Assembly: GCA_947085095.1 (NCBI GenBank) | Contig: CAMTVD010000008.1 | Coordinates: 1 to 61,712 of the forward strand | Reading direction: 5' to 3' | From: an uncultured Thermus sp. | Lineage (GTDB): Bacteria; Deinococcota; Deinococci; Deinococcales; Thermaceae | Length of the DNA: 61,712 nt | Shown here: positions 29,977-39,599 of the stretch, piece after piece | Numbering within the stretch: the first letter of the stretch is position 1 | How the letters are laid out: each line of letters begins with the position of its first letter | Program-made: the position numbers and the translations under genes | Notes under the pieces: model-generated | The model's database searches: none | The model's input: the letters and a program-made list of their open reading frames with translations, nothing else | Told to the model about the DNA's origin: nothing

Positions 29977-30690
29977 CTAGTCCTCCCCCAGATAGGCCTT
30001 CTGCACCTCGGGGTTTTCCGCAAGCTCCCGGGCGGGCCCCGTTAGGGTGATCTCCCCGGTGGCCAGCACGTAGCCCCGGTGGGCGATCTGCAGGGCTAAG
30101 CGGGCGTTCTGCTCCACCAGGAGGATGGTCTTCCCCTCCCGGTTCAGCTTCTTTATGGTCTCAAAGATGAAGTCCACCAGGACCGGGGCCAGGCCCATGG
30201 AGGGCTCGTCCATGAGGAGGATGCGGGGGTTTTGCATCAGGGCACGGCCGATGGCCAGCATCTGCTGCTCGCCTCCGGAAAGCGTGCCCCCCTTCTGGTT
30301 CCGCCGCTCGTAGAGGCGGGGGAAGAGGGAGAAGACCTGTTCCTTCCTTTCCTGAACCACCCTGCGGTCCTTTTCCAGATAGGCCCCGATCTCCAGGTTC
30401 TCCTCCACGGTGAGCCTGGGGAAGATCTTCCGCCCCTCGGGCACGTGCCCCACCCCCAGGGCCACGATCTGGTGGGCGGGGAGGCGGTGGATGGGCTTGC
30501 CCTGGTAGAGGACCTCTCCCCGTTTTGGCTTTACCAGGCCGGAGATGGTCCTTAGGGTGGTGCTTTTCCCCGCTCCGTTGGAGCCGATCAGGGTCACGAT
30601 CTCCCCCTCCTCCACCCGGAGGGAGATGCCCTTCAGGGCGTGGATGTGGCCGTAGTAGGTGTGGATCTCCTTGAGCTCCAGCAGGCTCAT
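29977..30690 (-). CDS. livF: Branched-chain amino acid ABC ATPase
   Basis: GSNGAGKS, VPEGR, LSGGEQQMLA, VEQNA. Confidence 0.93.
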   Translation of the reverse strand: MSLLELKEIHTYYGHIHALKGISLRVEEGEIVTLIGSNGAGKSTTLRTISGLVKPKRGEVLYQGKPIHRLPAHQIVALGVGHVPEGRKIFPRLTVEENLEIGAYLEKDRRVVQERKEQVFSLFPRLYERRNQKGGTLSGGEQQMLAIGRALMQNPRILLMDEPSMGLAPVLVDFIFETIKKLNREGKTILLVEQNARLALQIAHRGYVLATGEITLTGPARELAENPEVQKAYLGED

Positions 30691-31466
30691 GCGGCACCTC
30701 CGGCGGCTCCCTTGCCCAGGTAGGCCTCAATGACCCGGGGGTTTTTGCGCACCTCCTCCGGGGTCCCCTCGGCGATCTTGGCCCCGTACTCCAAGACGGC
30801 GATGCGGTCGGAGATGCGCATCACGAGGCGCATGTCGTGCTCAATGAGGACGATGGTGATGCCGAGCTCGTCCCTTAGCCGCCCGATGAAGGCCTGGAGC
30901 TCCTCGGTTTCCCTGGGGTTCATGCCCGCCGCGGGCTCGTCCAGGAGGAGGAGCCGGGGTTTGAGGGCCAGGGCCCGGGCGATTTCCAGCCTCCTTTGCT
31001 CCCCGTAGGGGAGGTTTCTGGCCAGCTCGTCCTTGCGGTGGAGGAGGCCCACGTAGTCCAGAAGCTTTTCCGCCTCTTCCTTGGCCCGCCTCTCCTCCCG
31101 CCGGGCCAAAGGGGTGCGGAAGAGGGCGTGGAAGTAGGGCACGCGGATGTGGATGTGCATGCCCACCAGGAGGTTTTCCAGGGCGGTCATGGCCCCGAAG
31201 AGGCGGATGTTTTGGAAGGTGCGCCCCACCCCCTCCTTGGCCACCCGGTCGGGGGTGAAGCCGGTTATGTCCTTACCGAAGAGGAGAATGCGGCCCTGGT
31301 CGGGGGCGTAGATGCCGGTGAGGAGGTTGAAGAGGGTGGTCTTGCCCGCGCCGTTGGGGCCGATGACGGAGAAGATCTCCCCCTGGTTTACCTCTAAGCT
31401 CACATCGCTCACGGCCACAAGGCCGCCGAAGCGCTTGGTGGCGTTCTGGACCTCGAGGGCCTTCAT
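30687..31466 (-). CDS. livG: Branched-chain amino acid ABC ATPase
   Basis: GPNGAGKTT, RTFQN, LPYGEQRRLEIA, DEPAAG, EHDM. Confidence 0.93.
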   Translation of the reverse strand: MKALEVQNATKRFGGLVAVSDVSLEVNQGEIFSVIGPNGAGKTTLFNLLTGIYAPDQGRILLFGKDITGFTPDRVAKEGVGRTFQNIRLFGAMTALENLLVGMHIHIRVPYFHALFRTPLARREERRAKEEAEKLLDYVGLLHRKDELARNLPYGEQRRLEIARALALKPRLLLLDEPAAGMNPRETEELQAFIGRLRDELGITIVLIEHDMRLVMRISDRIAVLEYGAKIAEGTPEEVRKNPRVIEAYLGKGAAGGAA

Positions 31467-32794
31467 GCTTCCTCCTCCATCTCCGCCCGGTGGCGCTTTT
31501 CCGGGATGAGGCCCGTGGGCCGGTAGATCATCATGAGCACCAGGACGAACCCCAGGACCAGCCTCTCGTACTTGGCGGGGTCCACCTGGCTCGGAATCTG
31601 GGGCAGGCTGGTGCGCACGAACTCGCTGAAGGTCTTGAGGACGTCCAGGTTGAGGATGGAGAGGGCCGCCGCCCCCAGGATGGCCCCGGGGATGGAGCCC
31701 ATCCCTCCCAGGATGACCATGGCCAGGATGGTGATGGAGGCCAGAAGGGTGAAGGACTCGGGGGAGACAAAGGTGCGCTGGGCGGCGAAGATGACCCCCA
31801 TGGCCCCGGAGAAGGCGGCCCCGGTCATGAAGGCGATGAGCTTGGTGGGCAGGAGGGGGATGCCCATGGAGCGGGCGGCCACCTCGTCCTCCCGAATGGC
31901 CGTCCAGGCCCGGCCGAAGCGGGAGTTGGCCAGGTTGAGGTTGACGAGGACCACGAGCCCGATCATGAGAAGGACCAGGAAGTAGAAGAAGAGCTGGTAG
32001 TCCGTGGTCCGGTCCAGGGGGATGCCCAGGGCGCTGGTGAGGTCGCGGAACCAGTCTATGGGGGGGCGCCCGACCGGGGTGATGCCCTGGGGGCCGTTGG
32101 TGAAGTTGATGGGGTGGTCCAGGTTGTTGGCCAGGATCCGCACCACCTCCCCCAGGCCCAGGGTGACGATGGCCAGGTAGTCCCCCCGAAGGCGCACGGC
32201 GGGCAGGCCGATGAGGAGGCCGGTGATGGCGGTGGTGACGATGGCGATCCCCATGAAGAGGTACATGTACTCCCCGGGGAGGGGGAAGTTCCCCTGCATG
32301 AAGTTCTGGGCCTGGGGGCTACCGAAGATAGCCCAGGTGTAGGCGCCCACGGCGAAGAAGGCGGCGTAGCCCAGGTCCAGAAGCCCCGCCATGCCCACCA
32401 CCACGTTGAGGCCCAGGGCCATGGCGGCGTAGATGCCGATCTGGATCCCCAGTTCAAAGATGAAAGTGTTGGCGAAGCCCGCCAGGGGCACGGAGACCAG
32501 GAGGATGGCGAGGCCCAGAAGCGCCCGGATCCAGTTGGGGATGCGGGGCAGGGTGGTGAGGGCCACCAGGATGCCCACCAGGCCGATGAGGCCCAGGGTG
32601 TTGCCGGAGCGCCAAAGCCCCAGGGTGAAGGCCAGGGTGAGGAGGGCGAGGCTCAGGGTGCGCGCCTGGGGGGAGAGGCGCAGGAAGGCGGCCGCTCCCA
32701 AAGCCACGAGGCCGAAGAGGTTGCTGAGGGCCCCTGGGGCCCAGAAGGCCAGCCCCAGGTAGGCCAGGCTGAGGAGGAGGGCAAGGCCGGTCAT
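31463..32794 (-). CDS. livM: Branched-chain amino acid ABC permease
   Basis: GLLDLG, RLRGDYLAIVTLG, AIREDE. Confidence 0.92.
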   Translation of the reverse strand: MTGLALLLSLAYLGLAFWAPGALSNLFGLVALGAAAFLRLSPQARTLSLALLTLAFTLGLWRSGNTLGLIGLVGILVALTTLPRIPNWIRALLGLAILLVSVPLAGFANTFIFELGIQIGIYAAMALGLNVVVGMAGLLDLGYAAFFAVGAYTWAIFGSPQAQNFMQGNFPLPGEYMYLFMGIAIVTTAITGLLIGLPAVRLRGDYLAIVTLGLGEVVRILANNLDHPINFTNGPQGITPVGRPPIDWFRDLTSALGIPLDRTTDYQLFFYFLVLLMIGLVVLVNLNLANSRFGRAWTAIREDEVAARSMGIPLLPTKLIAFMTGAAFSGAMGVIFAAQRTFVSPESFTLLASITILAMVILGGMGSIPGAILGAAALSILNLDVLKTFSEFVRTSLPQIPSQVDPAKYERLVLGFVLVLMMIYRPTGLIPEKRHRAEMEEEA

Positions 32795-33759
32795 ACTTTC
32801 TCCCTCACCACCTGCCCCAGGAGGCCCTGGGGCCGCACCAGCAGAATGAAGACGAGGAGGAGGAAAGCCACCACATCCTTGTACTCTGTGCCGAAGTTGC
32901 CGTCGGTCAGGATGGGCAGGTAGGTGCCGAAGAAGTTCTCCAGCTGCCCCAGGACCAGGCCGCCCAGCATGGCCCCGGGGATGTTGCCGATGCCCCCAAG
33001 GACGGCGGCGGTGAAGGCTTTGACCCCGGGTAGGAAGCCCACGTAGGGGGTGATGACGGTGTACTGCAAAGCGAAGAGGACCCCGGCCACCCCGCCCAGG
33101 GAGCCCCCGATGAGGAAGGTGCGGGAGATGATCCGGTCGGGGTCAATGCCCATGAGGCTGGCGGTGTGGAGGTCCTGGGCCACGGCCCGGATGGCCACCC
33201 CCAGCTTGGTGCGGTTCACCAGGTAGGTGAGGCCCAGGAGCATGAGGATGGACACCCCGATGAGGATGAGGGACTTGGCCTGGACGAAAATCGCCCCGCC
33301 GAAGAGGTCAAAAGAGCCCTCCAGGTCCTCCACGGTGCGCATGCGCAGGAAGAACTCGTTGTGCCAGAGGCCCTCAATGAGGCGCACCAGGTCCTGGAGG
33401 ATGAAGGAAACCCCAATGGCGGTGACCAGGGGGACGAGGCGGTTGGTGGTGCCCCGCTTCCTCAAGGGGCGGTAGGCGAAGCGCTCCACAAGGATGGCGG
33501 TCATCCCCGAGATGGCTCCTGCCAGGAGCAGGGCCACGAGGAGGAGGAGGAAGCCGTTTCCAATATGGGGACCCAGGTAGCGGAAGACCTCCACCCCCAC
33601 CACTGCCCCGATCATGAAGACCTCGGCGTGGGCGAAGTTGATGAGCTCCAAAACCCCGTAGACCATGGTGTACCCCAGGGCCACCATGGCGTAGACAAAG
33701 CCCAGGACGAAGCCGTCAAAGATCACCTGGGGCAAGAGAACCAGGATTTGCTCTAGCAA
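32791..33759 (-). CDS. livH: Branched-chain amino acid ABC permease
   Basis: ALGYTMVYG..INFAH, KAFTAAVLGGIG. TTG start after AAAGGAGG. Confidence 0.92.
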   Translation of the reverse strand: MLEQILVLLPQVIFDGFVLGFVYAMVALGYTMVYGVLELINFAHAEVFMIGAVVGVEVFRYLGPHIGNGFLLLLVALLLAGAISGMTAILVERFAYRPLRKRGTTNRLVPLVTAIGVSFILQDLVRLIEGLWHNEFFLRMRTVEDLEGSFDLFGGAIFVQAKSLILIGVSILMLLGLTYLVNRTKLGVAIRAVAQDLHTASLMGIDPDRIISRTFLIGGSLGGVAGVLFALQYTVITPYVGFLPGVKAFTAAVLGGIGNIPGAMLGGLVLGQLENFFGTYLPILTDGNFGTEYKDVVAFLLLVFILLVRPQGLLGQVVREKV

Positions 33760-33782
33760 GGTTCCTCCTTTCTCCGGGCCAA

Positions 33783-33806
33783 GGGGGTGGCCCGAGGGCC
33801 ACCCCC
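33783..33806. terminator. Hairpin between livK and livH
   Basis: GGGGGTGGCCC-GA-GGGCCACCCCC perfect 11-bp inverted repeat. Confidence 0.6.
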
Positions 33807-33826
33807 TAAAGGTTAGCACCCGCGGT

Positions 33827-34999
33827 TTACCGGGAACCGGGGGGCGCCAGCTCAATGATGCGGATCAGCTTGTTGTCCGCCCAGTTGCCGGTGGCGGCCA
33901 CCTGCATGACGAAGTAGCGAGCCTTCTTGTTGTCGCCCTTGTCGTCAAACTCTATGCTCCCGGTGAGCCCCTCCATCCTGACCTTGCGCACCTCCTGGCT
34001 CACCAGCTCCCGGGGGGGCTTCCTGCCGCCAGAGGCCTTGATGGCGTTCTCCAGGGCCATGAGGATGACGTTGGCCGAGTCGTAGGCGTAGATGCCGAAG
34101 CCCTCAATCTCCTTGCCGAAGCGTTGCTTGAACTTCTGGGCCACCTCGCGGGCCTTGGGGAAGGCGGAGACGGGGCCGGCCACCGTGGTGTAGAAGGTGC
34201 CGGCGGCGTTCTCCTTGCCCGCCAGGCGCACGAACTCGCTGGAGTCCAGGCCATCGCCCCCCATGACCCGGGTCCTCACGCCCCGCTCCCTAAGCTGCTT
34301 GACGAAGGGACCGATCTGGCTGTAAATCCCGCCGAAGTAGATGAGTTCCGGCGTGGGCCGGGCCCCGCGGATCTGGTTGATGATGGGCACGAAGTTGGCC
34401 TGCTCCTCGGTGCCCACGAAGGCCACCGCCCTGCCGCCCAGGGCCTCGAGGCGCTTCCTGAACTCCTCCGCCAGGCCCTGGCCGTAGGTGGTCTTGTCGT
34501 GGATGACGAAGACGTTCTTCACCTTCAGGTTGTTGACGGCGTACTCGGCGCCCACAGGCCCCTGCACGTCGTCGCGGCCGCAGATGCGGTTCACGTTGGG
34601 GAGCCTGCGGTCCGTGACCCGGGGGGCGGTGTTGGCGGGGGAGACCATGACCAGGCCCACCCGGGCGTAGACCTCGCTGGAGGGGATGGCCACGCCGGAG
34701 TTCAGGTGGCCCACCACGCCCAGGATGTCGGGGTCGTTGATGATGCGGTTGGCGTTGGCCACGCCCACATCGGGGTTGGCCTGGTCGTCGTAGGGCACCA
34801 GGACCAGGTCAAAGCCCAGGGCCCGGAAGCGGGCCTTGGCGTCTTCGATGGCCAGCTCCGCCCCCAGCTTGATCTGCTCCCCCAGGGCCGCCTGGGGGCC
34901 GGAGAGGGGGGACTGGGTGGCGATCTTGATGACGTTGGCCTGGCCCAGGGCCATGCCTAAGGCCGCCGCACCTGCTACCAAAAGGCCGATCTTCCTCAT
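33827..34999 (-). CDS. livK: Branched-chain amino acid binding protein
   Basis: PLSGP.A..G, VVGHLNSG, HDKTTYGQGLA. AGGAGG RBS. Confidence 0.92.
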   Translation of the reverse strand: MRKIGLLVAGAAALGMALGQANVIKIATQSPLSGPQAALGEQIKLGAELAIEDAKARFRALGFDLVLVPYDDQANPDVGVANANRIINDPDILGVVGHLNSGVAIPSSEVYARVGLVMVSPANTAPRVTDRRLPNVNRICGRDDVQGPVGAEYAVNNLKVKNVFVIHDKTTYGQGLAEEFRKRLEALGGRAVAFVGTEEQANFVPIINQIRGARPTPELIYFGGIYSQIGPFVKQLRERGVRTRVMGGDGLDSSEFVRLAGKENAAGTFYTTVAGPVSAFPKAREVAQKFKQRFGKEIEGFGIYAYDSANVILMALENAIKASGGRKPPRELVSQEVRKVRMEGLTGSIEFDDKGDNKKARYFVMQVAATGNWADNKLIRIIELAPPGSR

Positions 35000-35104
35000 A
35001 GGCACCTCCTAAGGCTCGCGTTCGCGTAGCGGCACCATTCTATAGGGGGGGTAAGGGTGCTTGTCAATGCCTACCCGCAAGTTTATGCCTGACCCATGGG
35101 TCAT

Positions 35105-35134
35105 TTCCCCTTCCCCTGGGAAGGGGAAGGGGAA
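35105..35134. terminator. Hairpin downstream of glnA
   Basis: TTCCCCTTCCCC/GGGGAAGGGGAA 12-bp stem, no clear U tract. Confidence 0.5.
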
Positions 35135-35139
35135 TACCC

Positions 35140-36480
35140 CTAGTAGGTGGCCAGGTACTGGTCCAGCTCCCACTGGTGGACCGTGACCCGGTAATCGTCC
35201 CACTCCATCTGCTTGGCCTGGAGGAAGTGGGTGTAGACGTGCTCCCCTAAAGCCTCCCGGATCACGGGGTCCTTCTTCAGGGCCTCGAGGGCCTCCCTCA
35301 GGGTGCCCGGGAGCTCCCGGATCTTGTGCCTGCGCTTCTCCCGCACGCTCATCTGGTAGATGTTGCGCTGGATGGGGGGCGGGGGGAGGAGCTTGCGCTC
35401 AATCCCGTCTATGGCCGCGGCGGCCATGACCGCCAGGGCCAGGTAGGGGTTGCTGGAGGGGTCGGGCATCCGGAGTTCGGCCCGGGTCCCCACGCCCCTC
35501 CGGGCGGGGATGCGGATCATGGCGGAACGGTTGGCGGCGGACCAAGCGATGTTGGTGGGGGCCTCGTACTCGGGGGTGAGGCGCTTGTAGGAGTTCACCA
35601 GGGGGTTGGTGATGGCCACCATCCCCTCGGCGTGCTCCAAAAGCCCGGCGATGAAGTGGAGAGCGGTCTGGGAGAGCTGGTACTCGGCCTCGGGGTCGTA
35701 GAAGGCGTTCTGCCCGTCCTTGAAGAGGGAGAGGTGGGTGTGCATGCCGCTGCCGTTGATGCCCCGGATGGGCTTGGGGAGGAAGGTGGCGTGGAGGCCG
35801 TGGTTGAGGGCGATGCGCTTCACCACCCACTTGAAGGTGGCGATGTTGTCCGCCGTGGTGAGGGCGTCGGCGTACTTGAAGTCAATCTCGTGCTGGCCCG
35901 GGGCCACCTCGTGGTGGCTGGCCTCAATCTCAAAACCCATGGCCACCAGGACGTTCACCATGTCCCGCCGGGCCTCCTCCCCTTTGTCCACGGGGGCCAG
36001 GTCAAAGTAGCCCGCCTTGTCGTGGGTCTCCACCGTGGGCAGGCCCTCGGGGGTGCGCAGGAAGAGGAAGAACTCGGGCTCGGGGCCGGCGTACATGTTG
36101 TCAAAGCCCAGCTTGTGTAGCCTCTCAATCTGGCGCTTCAGGACGTAGCGGGGGTCCCCCTCAAAGGGGCGGCCGTCGGGGTAGGTGACGTCGCAGATGA
36201 GCCGGGCCACCCGACCCCGGCCGGGTTCCTCCAACGCCTCGGGAAGGATAACGAAGGTGTTGTAGTCGGGTTTGAGGAGCATGTCCGACTCCTCAATGCG
36301 GGTGAAGCCCTCTATGGAGGAGCCGTCAAACATGATCTCCCCGTCCAGGGCCTTCTCAAACTGGGACTCGGGGACCTCCACGTTCTTGACCACGCCCAGG
36401 ATGTCCGTGATCTGTAGCCGCAAAAACTTGACCTTCTCCCCCTTAAGGGCTTTTAAAATCTCGCTCTTGCTGTACCCCAT
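35140..36480 (-). CDS. glnA: Type I glutamine synthetase
   Basis: [40 protein letters not shown]. Confidence 0.97.
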   Translation of the reverse strand: MGYSKSEILKALKGEKVKFLRLQITDILGVVKNVEVPESQFEKALDGEIMFDGSSIEGFTRIEESDMLLKPDYNTFVILPEALEEPGRGRVARLICDVTYPDGRPFEGDPRYVLKRQIERLHKLGFDNMYAGPEPEFFLFLRTPEGLPTVETHDKAGYFDLAPVDKGEEARRDMVNVLVAMGFEIEASHHEVAPGQHEIDFKYADALTTADNIATFKWVVKRIALNHGLHATFLPKPIRGINGSGMHTHLSLFKDGQNAFYDPEAEYQLSQTALHFIAGLLEHAEGMVAITNPLVNSYKRLTPEYEAPTNIAWSAANRSAMIRIPARRGVGTRAELRMPDPSSNPYLALAVMAAAAIDGIERKLLPPPPIQRNIYQMSVREKRRHKIRELPGTLREALEALKKDPVIREALGEHVYTHFLQAKQMEWDDYRVTVHQWELDQYLATY

Positions 36481-36541
36481 TTTCGCCTCCTGTGTGAGAG
36501 TTTGGGGTCATCTTCCGTCAGCATCCCCAAACTTCCCGCCT

Positions 36542-36571
36542 AAACTACCACAAAAATCGGCCGAGTGTCAA
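36542..36571 (-). promoter_or_regulatory. Putative glnA promoter
   Basis: TTGACA-18-TAGTTT with TGn extension. Confidence 0.6.
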
Positions 36572-36676
36572 GCCTAAGGTGTCCACTGGTCAATAAAGGG
36601 CGGTACATCTTGCCTTGCATTTTCCTCTGACCTTGTTCTGACCCAAGGGGCTTTAGACTGGAGCCTGGAGGTGACC

Positions 36677-38329
36677 ATGTTGAAACGGCGGGATGTTTTA
36701 AAAGCGAGCCTAGCCCTGAGCGGCCTGGGTATGGTCAAGGCGCAGGGGGCCTTTACCCTCACCCTGGCCCACACCAACGACACCCACGCGCGCCTCGAGG
36801 CCATGGAGCTCACCCTCTCGGGGAAGAGGGTGAGGGTGGGGGGCGTGGCCCAGCGGGTGGCCTTTTTTGACCGCCTCCGGGCCCAGCGCAGGAACGTGCT
36901 CATCCTGGACGCCGGGGATGTCTTCCAGGGCACCCTTTACTTCAACCAGTACCGCGGCCTGGCGGACCGCTACTTCATGCACCGCATGCTCTACCGGGTC
37001 ATGACCCTGGGCAATCACGAGTTCAACCTGGGCCCGGGGCACCTGGCCGAGTTCCTCAAGGGGGCTAAGTTCAAGGTGGTCTCCGCCAACGTGGACATCA
37101 GCCGGGAGCCCCGCCTCCAGGGGCTTCTGGCCCCCTATGCGGTCCTCCAGGTGGGGGGGGAGAAGGTGGGCCTGGTGGGCCTCACCACCCCGGACACCCG
37201 GGAAATCTCCAACCCCGGCCCCACCGTGGCCTTCCTGGACCCCTATGAGAGCGCCCAGAAGGCCATCTACGAGCTTTTGGCCAAGGGGGTGAACAAGATC
37301 GTGGTCCTCTCCCACCTGGGCTACGGGGAGGACCTGAAGCTGGCGAGGAGGCTCGTGGGGGCCCAGGTGATCGTGGGGGGGCACTCCCACACCCTTCTGG
37401 GAAGCTTCCCTCATCCAGAGCTGAGGCCAGCGGGCCCCTACCCCACGGTGGTGAAGAACCCCGAGGGCAAGGACGTGCTGGTGGTCCAGGCCTGGGAGTG
37501 GGGGAAGGTGGTGGGGCTTCTGGAGGTCACCTTTGATGCCAGGGGGCAGCTCGTGGCCTACAAGGGCGAGGCTCTGCTCATGACCCCGGAGGTCGCTCCC
37601 GAGGACTTCTTCGCCAAGGAGGCCCTTATGGCCTACGCCCAGCCGGTCATGGCCCTCGTGCGGCAGGTGATCGCCGAGGCCAGGGTGGACCTGGTGGGGG
37701 AGAGGGAGGTCGTCCGCCGGCGGGAGAGCAACCTGGGGAACCTGATCGCCGATGGGATGCTGTGGAAGACCAAAGGCGCCGGGACCCAGATCGCCCTGCA
37801 AAACGGCGGGGGCATCCGGGCCTCCATCCCCAGGGGGCCCATCACCGTGGGCAGGGTCTACGAGGTCCTGCCCTTTGGCAACACCCTGGTGGTCATGGAC
37901 CTGAAGGGGAGGGAGATCCTGGCCGCCTTGGAGAACGGGGTTTCCCAGTGGGAGCAGACCGCGGGCCGCTTCCTCCAGGTGGCGGGCCTCCGCTACGCCT
38001 TTGACCTCGCCCGTCCCGCGGGCAGCCGGGTGGTGCGGGTGGAGGTGAGGACGGAGCGGGGGTTTGTGCCTTTGGACCTCGAGGCCACCTACCGGGTGGT
38101 GGTGAACAGCTTCATCGCCGCCGGCGGGGACGGCTTCACCGTGCTCAGGGACGCCAAAGGCTACCGGGTGGACACCGGCTTCGCCGATGCCGAAGTCTTT
38201 ATGGAGTACCTCCAGGAACGGAAGACGGTGGAGGCCCAGCTGGAGGGACGGATTGAGGTCCTGAACGAACCCAGGGGGGAGAGGCCCGCCTACTGGGCCT
38301 ACCGGGTGCCGGGCCTGGTGGGGGCGTAG
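36677..38329 (+). CDS. Tat-exported 5'-nucleotidase / metallophosphoesterase
   Basis: KRRDVLK Tat motif, NDTH, DAGD, GNHEF, GGHSH, NGGGIR. Confidence 0.92.
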   Translation: MLKRRDVLKASLALSGLGMVKAQGAFTLTLAHTNDTHARLEAMELTLSGKRVRVGGVAQRVAFFDRLRAQRRNVLILDAGDVFQGTLYFNQYRGLADRYFMHRMLYRVMTLGNHEFNLGPGHLAEFLKGAKFKVVSANVDISREPRLQGLLAPYAVLQVGGEKVGLVGLTTPDTREISNPGPTVAFLDPYESAQKAIYELLAKGVNKIVVLSHLGYGEDLKLARRLVGAQVIVGGHSHTLLGSFPHPELRPAGPYPTVVKNPEGKDVLVVQAWEWGKVVGLLEVTFDARGQLVAYKGEALLMTPEVAPEDFFAKEALMAYAQPVMALVRQVIAEARVDLVGEREVVRRRESNLGNLIADGMLWKTKGAGTQIALQNGGGIRASIPRGPITVGRVYEVLPFGNTLVVMDLKGREILAALENGVSQWEQTAGRFLQVAGLRYAFDLARPAGSRVVRVEVRTERGFVPLDLEATYRVVVNSFIAAGGDGFTVLRDAKGYRVDTGFADAEVFMEYLQERKTVEAQLEGRIEVLNEPRGERPAYWAYRVPGLVGA

Positions 38330-38370
38330 GGGAAGAAAAGAAGGCCCTGGGGAGACCCCAGGGCCCTTTC
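38330..38370. terminator. Bidirectional terminator between convergent genes
   Basis: GGCCCTGGGG-AGA-CCCCAGGGCC with A-rich left flank and T-rich right flank. Confidence 0.75.
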
Positions 38371-38379
38371 CCTTGCCCC

Positions 38380-38823
38380 TTATTCCGCCGCCACTAGGAC
38401 CTGGACCGGGTCTCCCACCCGCACCCGGCCCCCCTGGAGGACCCGGGCGTAAAGGCCCCGCTTCCCGTAGAGGAGCTTGGGGAGCCTGAGGTCAAACTGG
38501 GAGAGGGAGCTGCACACGGTGCAGGCATAGGATAACTCCAAAAGAGCTTCCCCCACCTGAAGCCTGGCCCAAGGGGGAAGCCCGTGGGGGTCCAGGTCCA
38601 GGAGGAGGTTTTCCCCCAGGGCCCCGTGGGGGAGGAGGATGCCCGCCTCCTTGGCCTCCTCGTAGGCGGCGATCCCCGCCACCAAGACGGCGCGGTCCGG
38701 GTCCTGGCCGGCGTGCCGGTCCCCCAGGGCCCCAAAGCCCGCCACCAGGTCCAGGGCTTCTACCCGGGGCTTGGGGAGCCCCGAGTCCTTGCCCAGATGG
38801 AGGGAGAGGACCTTGCCCGTCAT
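38380..38823 (-). CDS. MOSC domain protein
   Basis: GDRH, GENL, CTVC, GLYARVL.GG.VRVGD. Confidence 0.88.
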   Translation of the reverse strand: MTGKVLSLHLGKDSGLPKPRVEALDLVAGFGALGDRHAGQDPDRAVLVAGIAAYEEAKEAGILLPHGALGENLLLDLDPHGLPPWARLQVGEALLELSYACTVCSSLSQFDLRLPKLLYGKRGLYARVLQGGRVRVGDPVQVLVAAE

Positions 38824-39515
38824 GGGAGCTTCAGGGCCTGGCGGGCCTGAAAGACCTCTTCCGGGGATAAGGCCTTGGCCCTTAGGGCCTTGATCTCTTC
38901 CGGGGTGTAGGGTTTGAAGCCCTGGGGAGCCCCCCAGGAGGCCAGGTGGTTCAGCACCAGGGCGATCTCCTCGTCGCTAAGCCAACCAAAGCCCGGCATC
39001 ATGCCCTCGTAGGTCCGGCCCAGGACGGTGATCTTCCCCCCTAGCCCGAAGAGGACGGAGAGGACCAGGTACTCCCTCCCCCCTTTGGCCTTCAGCAGGG
39101 TTTCCACATGCCCCTTAAGCGGGGGAAAGTTGGGCGGGTTCCCCTCCCCCTGGGGGCCGTGGCACCCCGAGCAGGTGGCGTAGACCTGGGCGCCGGTTTT
39201 GGGCGCTTGGGCCGCCGGGGCCGGGGGCGCCTCCGGGGGCGGGGTGAGGCCCAGGTAGGTGGCCAGGTAGTCCAGGATGGCTGCCCGCTCCTCCTGGGTG
39301 AGCTTGAGGCCCCTAAGCTCCATCTCCTCTATGACCCCATCCCAGCGGTCCCGGGAGAGCCTCTCCCGGGCCACAAAGCCGATCTCGTGGCAGCTTTGGC
39401 ACTTGGCCAGGACCAGGTCCTTCCCCGGCCCCTCGGGCAGGGTGTACTGCCCCAAAGCCAGGTAGCCCAGAATCCCTAAGAGGGCGGTTGCGGAGAGGTA
39501 AAAGGTTTTTCTCAT
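38820..39515 (-). CDS. Diheme cytochrome c, likely sulfite oxidase electron acceptor
   Basis: Two CxxCH motifs (CQSCH, CSGCH), signal peptide, next to the sulfite oxidase gene. Confidence 0.88.
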   Translation of the reverse strand: MRKTFYLSATALLGILGYLALGQYTLPEGPGKDLVLAKCQSCHEIGFVARERLSRDRWDGVIEEMELRGLKLTQEERAAILDYLATYLGLTPPPEAPPAPAAQAPKTGAQVYATCSGCHGPQGEGNPPNFPPLKGHVETLLKAKGGREYLVLSVLFGLGGKITVLGRTYEGMMPGFGWLSDEEIALVLNHLASWGAPQGFKPYTPEEIKALRAKALSPEEVFQARQALKLP

Positions 39516-39561
39516 GCTTTCAATTTATCCCGATGGGGTATTTGGCGTGTGGCTTGAAATA

Positions 39562-39589
39562 CCCTCCCCAGGACGGGGCCTGGGGAGGG
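39562..39589 (-). terminator. Hairpin after the sulfite oxidase gene
   Basis: CCCTCCCCAGG/CCTGGGGAGGG 11-bp stem, followed by TATTTC on the minus strand. Confidence 0.65.
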
Positions 39590-39599
39590 GGGAGGGGCT

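Noticed and set aside
36677..38329. Possible SoxB next to the sulfite oxidase module
   Set aside because: Motifs fit an ordinary 5'-nucleotidase. It is convergent and separately terminated, with no other sox genes nearby.
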